Positions 46,625 through 57,809 of a stretch of DNA of 59,286 nt are shown here, piece after piece. The notes beneath the pieces were generated by a model. The model saw only the letters and a program-made list of their open reading frames with translations. It made no database searches and was not told the origin of the DNA. The position numbers and the translations under genes were made by a program. Positions within the stretch are counted from its first letter, which is position 1, and each line of letters opens with the position of its first letter. The stretch lies in assembly GCA_032718475.1 (NCBI GenBank), contig JAUCBJ010007266.1, forward strand, positions 1 to 59,286, written 5' to 3'. The stretch is from Nemertoderma westbladi. Taxonomy: Eukaryota > Animalia > Xenacoelomorpha.

Positions 46625-48064
46625 CAACGGCTGGAGTGGGTGTGTGACCATATTACTTTATATTTGTATTTGTTTTATTTTTATATTTATGTATGTATTA
46701 TTATGTAATTTTATTTTAATCGTTTTATTAAATTTTATTTAGTAGTATGGTATTTTAGAGATTATTTAGTAGATTAGTGCAATATATATTTGCGTTTATT
46801 ATTTAATTACGTATATTATATATTTAGTGCGACGGCGAGAAATAATTATTTTTCTCTTTCCTTACTGTCCGTATCATATTATAAATACGTGACTACAGTA
46901 AGATGAAATATCCGTACTTATTAAAGTACAATAAAGCCACTACTATATTCAAGTATTATTGGTAGGCAGAGTATTAGGAATGCAAAGTTCAGATCCTGCT
47001 CTGGGTAGACCTTGGAAACGACTTGCCTCTTCACACTGACATTGCTTCGTGCGATATTGCTCTCATACCGTATATTAAATAATACATATAGTAGCGTGAT
47101 GTCCCTTTAACAGTAGCGTACAACGCAAAATAAATCTGTTAAACCCTTTGACCATCTGTAATTCTAGTCGATTAAGATATCGTAGCACTTACCGATACTC
47201 TTAAAAGGACAAAATTCCTAGAATCAAGGATCCCAGTCCCCAGACAAGTTCTGGAATAAAATTGTGTCTATTTAACATTAAATAATAAAATTTACGGGAA
47301 TAAATTTAAATTCATATATTTCAATGAATTTAATAAATTGTCATTTTGTACAATTTATAACATTCCCAAAATTCCATTAATTAATAGATCACGGGAGCGG
47401 AGATTCACTCTATTAAGTGTATTTGTGTGCGAGAATCTCCAATGTATAATCAATAGCCGATAAAATTCATAGAATCATGTATAAAGGGGATATTGACCAT
47501 TAAAGAATTACTATTAAATAGCATCCCAGATCTGTATGCATGAGAATTACCCTAATTCTACCGCTAGCTTTCCATAATGTCACCATGGTAACAACCACGC
47601 TAGAATTAGAAGTGAGTTAAAAGAACAATAGAAAGCATGCGTATTGAATAGCATACGGAATAAATAGCACACCGCTAGTATCCAAGAATACATAATAACA
47701 ACGTGACATTCTGGAAGGCACTTGACTAACGGACAAATGACCCGAATGTGTGATAGAATGTGTACCATTTGTGACTGTGCGATTTGTGCGTTTGTAGGTG
47801 AATGTTACTACTAAGGTGTGTTTACAGTAGCGAGTCGCAATTGTGAAAGTAACCCTAACTCTCCAGTAAGAACCTGAAGTATATCTAAGCCTTTGGGACG
47901 GACGGTGGAGTGGCTCGTGCTGGTTGTTGTAGTCGTTGTGCAGCTACGACGTTGGCGATAGGCACATCGGCGAAAGTACACCAGCGCTGAGGATCTCGCA
48001 CTGTCCGGGGGCAGAGAGGGGTAGGCAGCGACGCCCGCTCGCCTAAATATAAACTCATTATAAT

Positions 48065-49620
48065 ATGGATAAACTTATATAGCAGATATGATTGAGTTGA
48101 TAGAAGATGATCTTGGTATCAGGGAGCGATATACTCTACCTTTACAAGCGTTTGTCGATATCTTGATACGCGGCGACGCTGGTCCAACTGCTGCGCAGGA
48201 CGATGGTCGTTATATCGAACCGCCAATGTCCCAAGAGCAGCTCACGCGTGAGTTGGACTGTAGAAAATTCACCGCTCGCTATACGCATCGTAATGGTATA
48301 TATATGAACTTCTTAACTACTGGTCATCCTATCGACCTACACGATACGAACGATATAGACACCAAAGGGAAATGGTTTATTTAAATATCATACCCAGCGG
48401 AGGCGGAACGATAAACCGAGAATGGAACACGAGAATTCTATTCGAAACCGGCTCGAAAGTGCAGATGTTGAAGAGCCGGATAAACGCAGCGACTTCAGCA
48501 AATACCTGGAATTCTTGAGAGAAACCTATCTCGATATTACCAGTCAACAGAATCTAGAAACTCGATATCCTCAAGGTATACATCATGACTGCATGGTAGG
48601 ACTCAAACGGCTCTATTCCACTATGATGTATCTTACCGCCGATCGATCGCTACCTGTTGTACCGGATAGCTTCGAACGGATGGAGGAATATTGTAAGCTG
48701 GAGAAAGATCACTCGCGTTTCCCCTACAAGACGTGCGTTTTTGGTATTATTGCGATGAATGCCCAAGACCCAACCAACAAACGGAAAGACATAAACATCC
48801 GCGGAGACGTTGCTTTAAACACGGTTTTACTCGCTATACTTACGGGAGTTTCGAGCGAAACTTGTTCGATGTATCCCCTACGCTCGTTCGACTCAGACGA
48901 TCCTTAAATAAACCTATGATCAGAGTTTCGGAAAACTCGATCAGAACTCCTCATTCCCTAGTGAGACTTCAGACTCTTGATCCTATTAGTATGACGGATC
49001 CTCCCGAGCTGTACTCACTGCTCAAAGATCTAGTGTTACCTGAACAATTAATCGGTGGCACCCCAGTTGTGGGCTTCCTAGATATTAGCCCATTCTACCT
49101 AACCGGATTGGGACGCGGACATTTAATATCGCCGTTTAACCCTTACCATCGTCCCGGCTTAACACGATATAACCTGTCACCAAAGTGGCGGAGAACGTTG
49201 TACCAAACGAGTTAAACGCTATTCTACAAAGATCAGAAAGGAAACCTGCGTTTGTTCAGATAAACGTAAGTTGTAACAGCAAGTCCAAGCGATAAACGAA
49301 TTGTCTTTAGCTCAGTTCGATTGTGAAATCCAGAATCTCTAAGAAGATATCGAACTTAGACAACCCCATTCTCTGCGAGAGTTTTTGGATGAACGTATCC
49401 AGCTACGAGCGGAGGAAAATCAGCTCGAGGAGAAGCATATCGAAACGGCGGATACCCCGACCATAATCCTACACCTTCTGATGCAATCATATTGCACCCT
49501 TCACCCAGGATTTATAGCCCTCCTAGTAAAGTGGCTCGCCCCAAAGAGAAAAGGACTCTTGCTAGCCTCAAAAGGCTGCATAAACGCCGTCCACGTAAGA
49601 AAGACTAACTGTTTAGAGTA
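48065..49620 (+). pseudogene. Frameshifted cargo ORF of unknown function inside BEL copy B
   Basis: Consecutive ORF pieces 48088-48384, 48422-48907, ~48900-49215 and 49385-49660 lie between pol and the 3' LTR. TATAAA (~48048) and an ATG (48065) are upstream. No recognisable domain. Confidence 0.6.
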
Positions 49621-49686
49621 CTTTTATATTTTAGAAACTGTGATTTGTTATATTTTATAGACTTAAATCCCATTTTCTGGGAGCGG

Positions 49687-50875
49687 TGTAAAAGCTTTTG
49701 CGTCATTAACCGGTTATTTTCCCTTAAAGTACTCTGTAGTTGGTTTGCCAGGCATAAAAAGGCCGTGTCCTTGCTGCACTGGTGTTTTAGAGGACATAAA
49801 AGTCATTTCCTCTGTATTTGTACTGTATTTGTACTTTAGAGGACATAATCCGCAATCTCGTGACGCGATAAGCTAGATACTCTTGAAAACAGTGTCGCTA
49901 CCATGACGACGGCTAGCAGCTAATATTGCCACGTCGACATTTCTTTGTTTCTTTGTTCTCTCGTTGTTCGGTTGACCAATCAGAGCGTTTTTTGTCTCTG
50001 TGTTGGAGGTGGATACAGAACTCAGAAGTTCAGTGTTTATGTTTTTGCTCAGAGCCTAAGAACATCGGCTTTTAGCACCTCCGTATATCAGCATTCTTTA
50101 GCTTTACATTAGTAGGCTTAATTATAGAACGTATATCTGTTATCTTAACTAACTTAACCAAACGAGTTAATTACAATCTTATCATACATATCTATGCAAT
50201 TCATATCTTACATTACTGCTTTTGCTGTTGGTTATTCGTTATATTTGTTGATGAATTATTATATCGGAATACTGATCAATAGTCAGACACCCCACCTTCT
50301 TGATATACTAAAGGTTAGAGAGACCGGTTACAGATAAACGATTGCGACCTGTGTTGAGTGGTTTGAAGTGAATCTAATGCTATTTCATATGCCCAACATA
50401 AATTGTCTGTTGCCCTCTTTATACGTGACCAAATTTAGTGAAGGTCGGCAGATTAGTGTGCAGTATTGTGCAGCATTGTGTATGATTGTAACTGATAACA
50501 AAGCATCTCCTAAAGAATGCGCCATATACGTTAATCTATAGCCTTTTCGTTGTGTCTAGTTTAAGTCATAATTCTGTTTACATATTTAGAGCGCCACGTC
50601 CTAAAGGAACTGTTAATATTTCCCGAAAGTGAATAATATTTGTCAGAGATTATATATTACGATCAGTCGAATAATACGGTAGGCTTACACCATCAATCAT
50701 TAAGCTCCGAACTCAGTCTCCCGGGTATATCCAACGGGTGAATGATTGCGCATAGACTGGCTTCGGCTAATGTAGTGTATCAAATACTTGTCATAAAGCT
50801 AAAGAATATATATCATCTAAAAGACATTCTAATTTTGGCAGGTTAAACTGTCAAAGGTCTTCAAAAGCGCAAACA
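49687..50875 (+). repeat. BEL/Pao 3' LTR (1189 bp)
   Basis: Starts TGTAAAAGCTTTTGCG after the PPT and ends GCAAACA before ATAAC. Confidence 0.88.
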
Positions 50876-50920
50876 ATAACTTCAATAAGCTTAGTGTTGC
50901 TATCCCAACTATATAAACCC

Positions 50921-52091
50921 CGCCACTAATTGAATGCCACCCCAAATTAGATGATTTAACACCAAAATAAATTATTTTCCACCAAATATATTTTTTTGTA
51001 GCACCAATTCACATCCCTCAATATTGAATATCCCTCTCACCAAAAACAATTATTCATCCCCCAAAAACAAGTATTCATCCCCCAAAAACAATTATTCGTC
51101 CCCCAAAACCAATTATTTGTCCCCCAAAAACAATTATTCTTCCCCCAAAAAAACAATTATTCATCCCCCAAAAACAATTATTCTACCCCCAAAAACAATT
51201 ATTCATCCCCCAAAAACAATTATTCTACCCCCAAAAACAATTATTCATCCCCCAAAAATAATTACTTTGTCAACCAAAAAAAATTATTCCAGCACCAAAT
51301 ATTTTATATTAAATCCTGGTATTCTTCACATGGGCGCAAGCTTCAGTCTTCAGTTACGCAGTATTACCGATAGGCCTATTGCCTTCAGAACAACGTATTC
51401 TGTTATTAGGTTTCGTACCGATGTACCTACAGTATTATGCCTACTTCAGTTTCAGTATTCGTACCTATAGGCCTATTGCCTATGTATTATTGCCTATGTC
51501 CTATTACTTATTCTGTTATTAGGTTTCAGTACTACGGCAGTAGTGAAGTTTTTATCTAACTTCCAGGAAGTGCTAGGCCTATTGCTGCAGTAGTACTGTA
51601 TAGTATTTATTTTTGGGTATTATGTATTTATTTTGGGCAAAAATGTATTTGTTTTTGGGGAAAATATATTTATTTTGGGCGAAAATGTATTTGTTTTGGG
51701 GGGAAATGCATTTATTTTGGGCTAAAATGTATTTGTTTTGGGGGAAAATGTATTTGCTTTGGGGGAAAATGTATTTATTTTGTGCTAAAATGTATTTGTT
51801 TTGGTGGAAAATGTATTTGTTTTAGGAAAATTGGTAATTATTTTGGGGGTTTTGTCATTTATTTTGGTGCGAATTGCTTATTTATTTTGGTATTGGTTTT
51901 GGTTTTTAATAATTTTTTTCGGTTTTGAAAAATTTATTTTGGTATTTGAATAATTTTATTTGGGGTGACTTTATTTTATTTGGTGTTGAATAATTTTTTT
52001 TGGGGTCACATTATTTAATTTGGTATAAAATAATTTTTTTTGGTGAAATTTTCATCAATTTTGGGATGACTTTAATTGGTATTTAATAGGT
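50921..52091. mobile_element. Foldback/Mutator-like element with minisatellite inverted arms
   Basis: Left arm 21-bp units CCCCAAAAACAATTATTCATC (~51038-51290) and right arm inverted 21-bp units GAAAATGTATTTGTTTTGGGG (~51610-51830). Outer arms align as inverted repeats. 9-bp direct flank TATAAACCC at 50912-50920 and 52092-52100. Confidence 0.7.
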
Positions 52092-52109
52092 TATAAACCC
52101 TAGGCCGTT

Positions 52110-52300
52110 CTCAGATTTTAAGTGAAACTTATCGCACTTAAGGTACCCCCCTACCTACCTTATATTTTATGTCTTAAGTTATATATTTAAGTCTCACTTA
52201 TATTTTAACATTTTTTTTGCAACTGACTTAGTTAACGTAATGGACTTATCTTAAAGTTAAGTCGAACTTATAGATAAGTCGGTTTTATGCAACCGGCCCC
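52110..52300. mobile_element. PIF/Harbinger-like element, right end
   Basis: GTTTTATGCAACCGGCCCC is the inverted repeat of the 34349 and 26791 termini. Confidence 0.7.
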
Positions 52301-52440
52301 AGGTTGTTAACGTAGGGGCCGACCAGTAAGGGACCCCTAAGGGCCTTCCGATACTCAATCTCTAATTTTCGGGTTTCGACTTTACCCCGCCGGTGATCCC
52401 GCCAAGAACCGAACTGAGTAGGTGATGGATGGTACTCCTA

Positions 52441-53110
52441 TCATGCGCCAAAGAAATCCGACGGTATCACAGTCCAAATAACGAGTAGTCCAGCTGCGGC
52501 GATGAAAAATATCGGAAGCACGATAAACAAACACACTGGATACACTCCTGAAGGTGGTTGCTGTGACCAGTCGGTAATGTGAAGCCAAGGAAGTTCAGTT
52601 TCGGGTGAGAAGGGATCAAGGTGCCCCCGATATTCAGAAAAGTAGGAACTGCGAATTTTGAACAGCCGCTTCCAAGATAGTAGTTCCATCGAGTTTTGCT
52701 CTCCTCTCAGTTTTGATTCTTGCAGTTTGTCGATAACTATACCTGTAATGACCTCGAACGTAGCAACAGATCTTGCACAGATTAGAAGGCGATCTGCGTA
52801 TGCAACAAATCCCAACCACGGATCGGTAAGATTTTCTCCAAAACCAGACTCTTCCTTCAGTTTCTCCAACACGCCCTTGGTGTAGAAATTGAACAAAATC
52901 GGAGATAGCAAAGATCCTTGTTTTAATCCTCTAATGAGCTTGATTCTCTGGTCGTTAATGAGACCACAAAATTTCAGATGAGCGACAGTTTGCATATAAT
53001 AAGACAACAAAGCTAAGCATATGTGAGGATAATTCATTAACCTTCTAAAGAGTATACTAAGTTCTACATTGTTAAAAGCCTCCGACATTATCCAGTAATG
53101 AAAACTAGAG
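52441..53110 (-). pseudogene. Decayed non-LTR reverse transcriptase fragment
   Basis: LLD/MSEAFNNV (frameshifted), RGLKQGSLLSPILFNFY, VAYAD. Confidence 0.75.
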
Positions 53111-53257
53111 TATACTCTCTGTAGCCGAATAGGGGCACTTACTCCACGCGGTGGTACTCGGCTGATCCCGACGTATATATAATCAAGGCCCTCTACCCCA
53201 TATGTGTATCACATGCGTATAAATCGGTATGCCTACAGGCATATAAGCTACAAGGTT

Positions 53258-53699
53258 GTCAAACTCGGCACCGTACACTCGCGTATACTCCGAGGTGAGC
53301 TTTCGCTGTGGTGTATCGGGATGTGGTGATCGCGTTGAGATCTGTGCATCCTTCCCACGATCGAATATATCGGGTGACACTTGTTTCATCTTCTACCTCG
53401 ATGTCGGGGCCAAAGGGGCAGTTTGGACTACTGTGTCCCTTGAGTTGGCAATGCTCGCACTGGGTGGCAAAGGCTAGACAGGAGAAGAAGATGTGATCGT
53501 CGTTAATGCAGCAGTAGGGATAATAGAGTTTGATGTGACTATCAGTGAGGCGCTCACAAAGAACTCCAGGTTGGGTGGGAGCATTATGTGTGCGAAGACC
53601 ACAATGCGCACAATGGACATGTTTGCGAAATAACGCATAACGGAAACCTCGAACCGTGAGCCGCTCGGTCCCGCGATACCAGTCGATTAAGGCGGACTG
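53258..53699 (-). pseudogene. Zinc-knuckle (Gag/ORF1-like) fragment not listed in the ORF track
   Basis: Stop-free frame lacking a start codon: ..HCAHCGLRTH..LCE..YYPYCCINDDHIFFSC..CEHCQLKGHSSPNC (CCHC at 53418-53459). Confidence 0.65.
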
Positions 53700-54238
53700 T
53701 CAGGGGCGGGCACCACAGTGGTAGCTACTGAGGTCGCTTCTAGATGGATTGGTTCCTCTGCTTGGTTGGGGGCGTCCATAACGTCCGTCTGTATTTGTCC
53801 AACTGAGAAGCCAGGTTTGATAATGGGTCTCTCAATCACTGATTGATGTAGATTGGAAATACATATGTCTCGGAATATGGCAAAGCCGCCGCTGGCTAGC
53901 TCATCCGCTGCGGAGCGATGTAACTCTTGCTGAGACAGTAACTTCACGCGAAACTGGCTGTCAATGTTGGCAAAGGGGTCAGGAAATGCCGAAAGCATTC
54001 AAAGTTCAAGAATTTACCAAGTGCATTGAGTTTGGCAAGTTGTGTTCCCAACAACAACGGGTGCGCTCCCAACGTACGGCTACAGACTTCCACAAGGCAT
54101 CCTGATAACGCTTGGTTGTTGAATAAGAGGTATATCGCTAATGAGGGGCGCAAGGGGACGCTCATGAAGCTATATACAGCACCGAGGGCGGTGAGTCATC
54201 CTTGAAAGTAATAAGGTGAATATGAATCACCATAAACC

Positions 54239-56134
54239 TTGGAATACGTCTCGCGATCGGGTTCTTTGAAATTCCATCTAAAAGCCGCATCTAGGTCCCT
54301 GAACAGGCAGTACTCTGTTAATCTACAGGAGCTAATAAACCAACAGGTTGATGCCATCAATGATGCTGACGGCAGCAGGCAATCATCCCAGGCATGGAAA
54401 TCGATCAATCTGCTTACTGGGCGGAAAAGCCAACCAACCACCAAGGTTAAGGCTGAATCACCAGCCGATCGCCTCAATGGTTGGAAAGCCCACTTTGAAA
54501 AGCTCCTCAATAATAACAGGGTATTGCCTGATAACTTTATAGAAGTAAAAGTGTCTGAGTCTGTACTCCCAGATATTCCCATTGGCGATATCTCCTTTGC
54601 AGAAGTGAAGGCTGCTGCAAAGAGCATTAAGACCAATCGTGCCAGTGGAGTAGATGGTGTTCCCCCTGAGGTCTTTAAAATACCTGAGTGTTTAAAGCTC
54701 ATCTATCCCATCATAGTAGACATGTACCGTACAACAAGAGTCCCACAAGAAATGAAAACAAATAAGTTGGTGCCAGTTCCCAAGAAGGGCAACCTAACAC
54801 TCTATGGTTCTTTTCGGGGAATCTCATTGATCTCGATTGCTGCAAAACTATACAATAGAATTCTATTAAATCGCATCAGGGATCCCATTGAGAGACTGCT
54901 ACGTGGAAATCAGAATGGGTTCCGTAAAGGTCGTGGGACCATGGAGCCCATTTTGGCACTTAGAAGGATAATTGAAGAGTTATCAAAAAAGAAAGACAGG
55001 CATCTGGCTGTTATCTTTGTTGACTTCTTCAAGGCCTTTGATTCAGTCTCTCGCTCACGTATGTTCAGCATACTTTCATTATATGGGATTCCTGATGAAA
55101 TTATTGCAGCAATCAGATCAGTATACGATGGTTCGACAACATTTGTGTCTACTGTTGACGGTGACACAGAACCATTTGAAGTGTTATGGGGCGTCCTCCA
55201 AGGAGACACACTTGCACCATTCTTGTTCATTATTGTGGTTGACTATGTTCTACGCATGTCCTTAGATCATCATAATGATGATGGGGTGATGATAACTCCA
55301 CCTACTGGCTCCAGAAGTCGAGGAAATCCTGCCAAGTACCTAACTGATCTAGACTTTGCTGATGACTTAGGAGTACTCTCAGAATCATTAGAGGGAGCCC
55401 AGCGGCTCCTCAGCTCATTAGAACATGCTGCTTCTAGTGTTGGTCTTTTTATTAACTCCAGAAAGACCAAAATTCTGACAGTTAACTTTGAAAGTCCTCA
55501 GCAAGTCTCTGATCGGATGAGCATAAGCTCAAATGATGGTATGCTTGAGCATGTGGACGACTTCTGTTACCTGGGATCATGGATCCGGAAGTCAGGTGAG
55601 GACCTTCGAATACGTAAGGGAAAGGCATGGGCAGCCTTGAATAGGCTTTCCAGGATTTGGAAGTCACCTAGAATTAATCGGAAACTTAAGGTCCGATTAT
55701 TTAGAGCAGCAGTAGTTCCAGTACTCCTCTACGGGAGTCCATGCTGGGCTCTAACTGCTGAGGACACCAAATCTCTGGATGGCACATTCACAAGAATGCT
55801 ACGCCGGGTACATTGTGTCAAGTACAATGCACACATCTCCAACCAGACACTATATAACATTGGAGGTGTCTCATTGGTTCCCCCAAGCTTGACACTAGAA
55901 CAAAATCGCCTCCGCTTTGCAGGACATTGCTTTCGCCGTGAGGACCAGCCAGTGCATAATCTCGTACTTTGGCAGCCTCATGGAGTGAATAAGCATGGTG
56001 GACAGCCCATGACTTTCTTGAGACGCATCTTAAAGGACACTGGCCTTAAAGATGCGGATGATCTAGCAAATGTCATGGGTGATAGAGAGTTGTGGCGGTG
56101 CAATTTTGTTGACAAGCCGGCACAGCATTCTTAA
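54239..56134 (+). CDS. RTE-clade LINE RT region (5'-truncated, uninterrupted 631 aa)
   Basis: RASGVDGVPPE, PVPKKGNL, QNGFRKGRGT, FVDFFKAFDSV, GVLQGDTLAPFLF, LDFADDL, FCYLGS, LRFAGHCFR. It is a different family from the RTE at 48-7275. Confidence 0.92.
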   Translation: MEYVSRSGSLKFHLKAASRSLNRQYSVNLQELINQQVDAINDADGSRQSSQAWKSINLLTGRKSQPTTKVKAESPADRLNGWKAHFEKLLNNNRVLPDNFIEVKVSESVLPDIPIGDISFAEVKAAAKSIKTNRASGVDGVPPEVFKIPECLKLIYPIIVDMYRTTRVPQEMKTNKLVPVPKKGNLTLYGSFRGISLISIAAKLYNRILLNRIRDPIERLLRGNQNGFRKGRGTMEPILALRRIIEELSKKKDRHLAVIFVDFFKAFDSVSRSRMFSILSLYGIPDEIIAAIRSVYDGSTTFVSTVDGDTEPFEVLWGVLQGDTLAPFLFIIVVDYVLRMSLDHHNDDGVMITPPTGSRSRGNPAKYLTDLDFADDLGVLSESLEGAQRLLSSLEHAASSVGLFINSRKTKILTVNFESPQQVSDRMSISSNDGMLEHVDDFCYLGSWIRKSGEDLRIRKGKAWAALNRLSRIWKSPRINRKLKVRLFRAAVVPVLLYGSPCWALTAEDTKSLDGTFTRMLRRVHCVKYNAHISNQTLYNIGGVSLVPPSLTLEQNRLRFAGHCFRREDQPVHNLVLWQPHGVNKHGGQPMTFLRRILKDTGLKDADDLANVMGDRELWRCNFVDKPAQHS

Positions 56135-56139
56135 AATGC

Positions 56140-56970
56140 AGCTGCAATGCAGCATGCCGATCCTAGTTGAAATTCCAACCATACTCTTGAAACGCGATGT
56201 GGCCAGAGGACGTACGGTCAACTCTGCTATATGTATCGTTAGCATTCGTCGATACATGACCCGGAAGAAGCCGCAGGATTGGACCCAAGGAAGGATGACT
56301 TGGGTGTCGACAAAGGGATAGGGTATGTTGTGGATGATAGGGAAATTGTCTGTCAAACCCCGATATATGGCTAAACCGAGTTATAAATGGATTCGTCTAA
56401 GAGAATGTCCAGCACGGGTTGTGGTAATATAGCTGCATCTATTCCCATGGCCGGGTGTCGATTCGTTTCGTTAATGTAAGCCTCTGCTTTAACAAACTGT
56501 TGATGTCTCGCACGGCGTTGATAGGTGGTCAGGCTGGGAAAACGCTGTTGGTACCGCGACAAGTACGCGTAAAAAACGTGCGTGGCGCCAGTGAGGCAGC
56601 GGATATGAACATGACCTACTATAATGACTACTACCTGTTATAGTAGGTCATGATATGAATCAATCGAGTTGAACCGAGCTCATGGTCTGGCACTGAGCCT
56701 TCATTGTCGTAAATCCTAATGCCGTAACTATGAATAGCATTAACTGTATGTAACCATTCAGCGTTAGCCACTTCGGTGGTCAGTTCTACTGGTTTCCATA
56801 GAGTATCCAACGAACCGGGTTCTCCACGCGCTATTCTTATGGATTCATAGCTAGGCATCTCATTAGTATTTGCATTTGGTTGGATATATTTCAAATCATC
56901 CTCCAGGAAAGTTATATCTAAGTTCCAGTGTACGAGGCGACGGTAATCCATAAATGTCTCCAAAGTTAAA
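56140..56970 (-). pseudogene. Decayed unknown ORF, probably the upstream part of the knuckle/RT element split by the RTE
   Basis: ORF pieces 56631-56963 and 56371-56562 are on the same strand and have similar GC content to 52320-54230. Confidence 0.35.
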
Positions 56971-57077
56971 GGGTGGACGTAAACTGGATTCTATTGTTAC
57001 TATGTTATAAGGTTTCTTAAATGAGTTTAATATTAAATATTAATTAATATTAAAAATATTATACTTAAGATGTAGTT

Positions 57078-57340
57078 AAATTCTCGGCCGAGATTTTCGG
57101 CCGAGTTTTCTCGGCCGAGAAAACTCGGCCAAGATTCTCGGCCGAGTTTTTCTCGGCCGAGTTTGCGAAATTCTCGCCCGAGAAAGTATTAAAATATGAA
57201 ACGGCGGGAAATTTAAAATGGCACCAACACATTACACTAACTACAAAGGGAAAGGAAAATAACATTTTAAATTTCCCGCTGTTACAACTTTTAAGACTGT
57301 AAGATTATAAATTCTCTGCCGTGAATCTCGGCCGAGAATT
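57078..57340. mobile_element. MITE-like inverted structure with a CTCGGCCGAG palindrome array
   Basis: About 8 (T)CTCGGCCGAG(A) motifs and an inner 21-bp inverted repeat AACGGCGGGAAATTTAAAATG / CATTTTAAATTTCCCGCTGTT (~57200-57283). Confidence 0.65.
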
Positions 57341-57572
57341 ATTGGCTTTGTTCTTGGGTTGGTGCATTTTCCACATTAAATGTCATCTTGCCTAGCTTAA
57401 CTAGTACTTTCCTATATTACTTTACTGTTGTATATTATTGTGTTATTGGTATTACGCTTATTCGCACCGTACTAAGTGCAATAAAGCTGTATTGGTGAGA
57501 GATATTAGCTATTGATCCAGTAAATGCCAAATGTATTACAAGTCAAACTGAACCCTATTATTTATTACACTG

Positions 57573-57808
57573 ATTCCGGGGTCTACTGCAAATCCTCGAC
57601 AGGCCTCGGGTTGACCGACAGCAGGTTCCCTGAACGAAACCGAAAGTCTTGTGGGAAGGGAGGTAGGCATTCTACTATAGGGAATCACCTAAGTATCGGA
57701 TAAGGGTCTTTCGAATTTCTCACACACCCGACGAAAAGTATTCCTCTAGTGACCTTTACTAGAGGAGATCCCTTACACACGTAAGTCCTGATGAGCCTTT
57801 GCGTAGGC
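57573..57808 (+). ncRNA. Retrozyme-like structured monomer ending in half a hammerhead core
   Basis: CTGATGA (57788-57794) followed by stem II GCCT-ttgcgt-AGGC, then truncated before GAAA. Hairpins at 57742-57766 and CTTAC-acac-GTAAG. Confidence 0.45.
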
Positions 57809-57809
57809 C

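Larger units (their letters stand above)
35145..50875 (+). mobile_element. BEL/Pao LTR retrotransposon copy B, ~15.7 kb, near intact
   Basis: ~1.19-kb terminal direct repeats (TGT..ACA), ATAAC on both outer flanks (35140-35144, 50876-50880), PPT GGGAGCGG at 49679-49686, and a complete BEL/Pao domain set. Confidence 0.95.

Noticed and set aside
48065-49620. env gene
   Set aside because: The position fits, but no signal peptide, furin site plus fusion peptide or clear TM anchor is visible. Kept as unknown cargo.
51024-51825. ORFs 51024-51470 and 51613-51825 as repeat proteins
   Set aside because: They are translations of 21-bp minisatellite arms.
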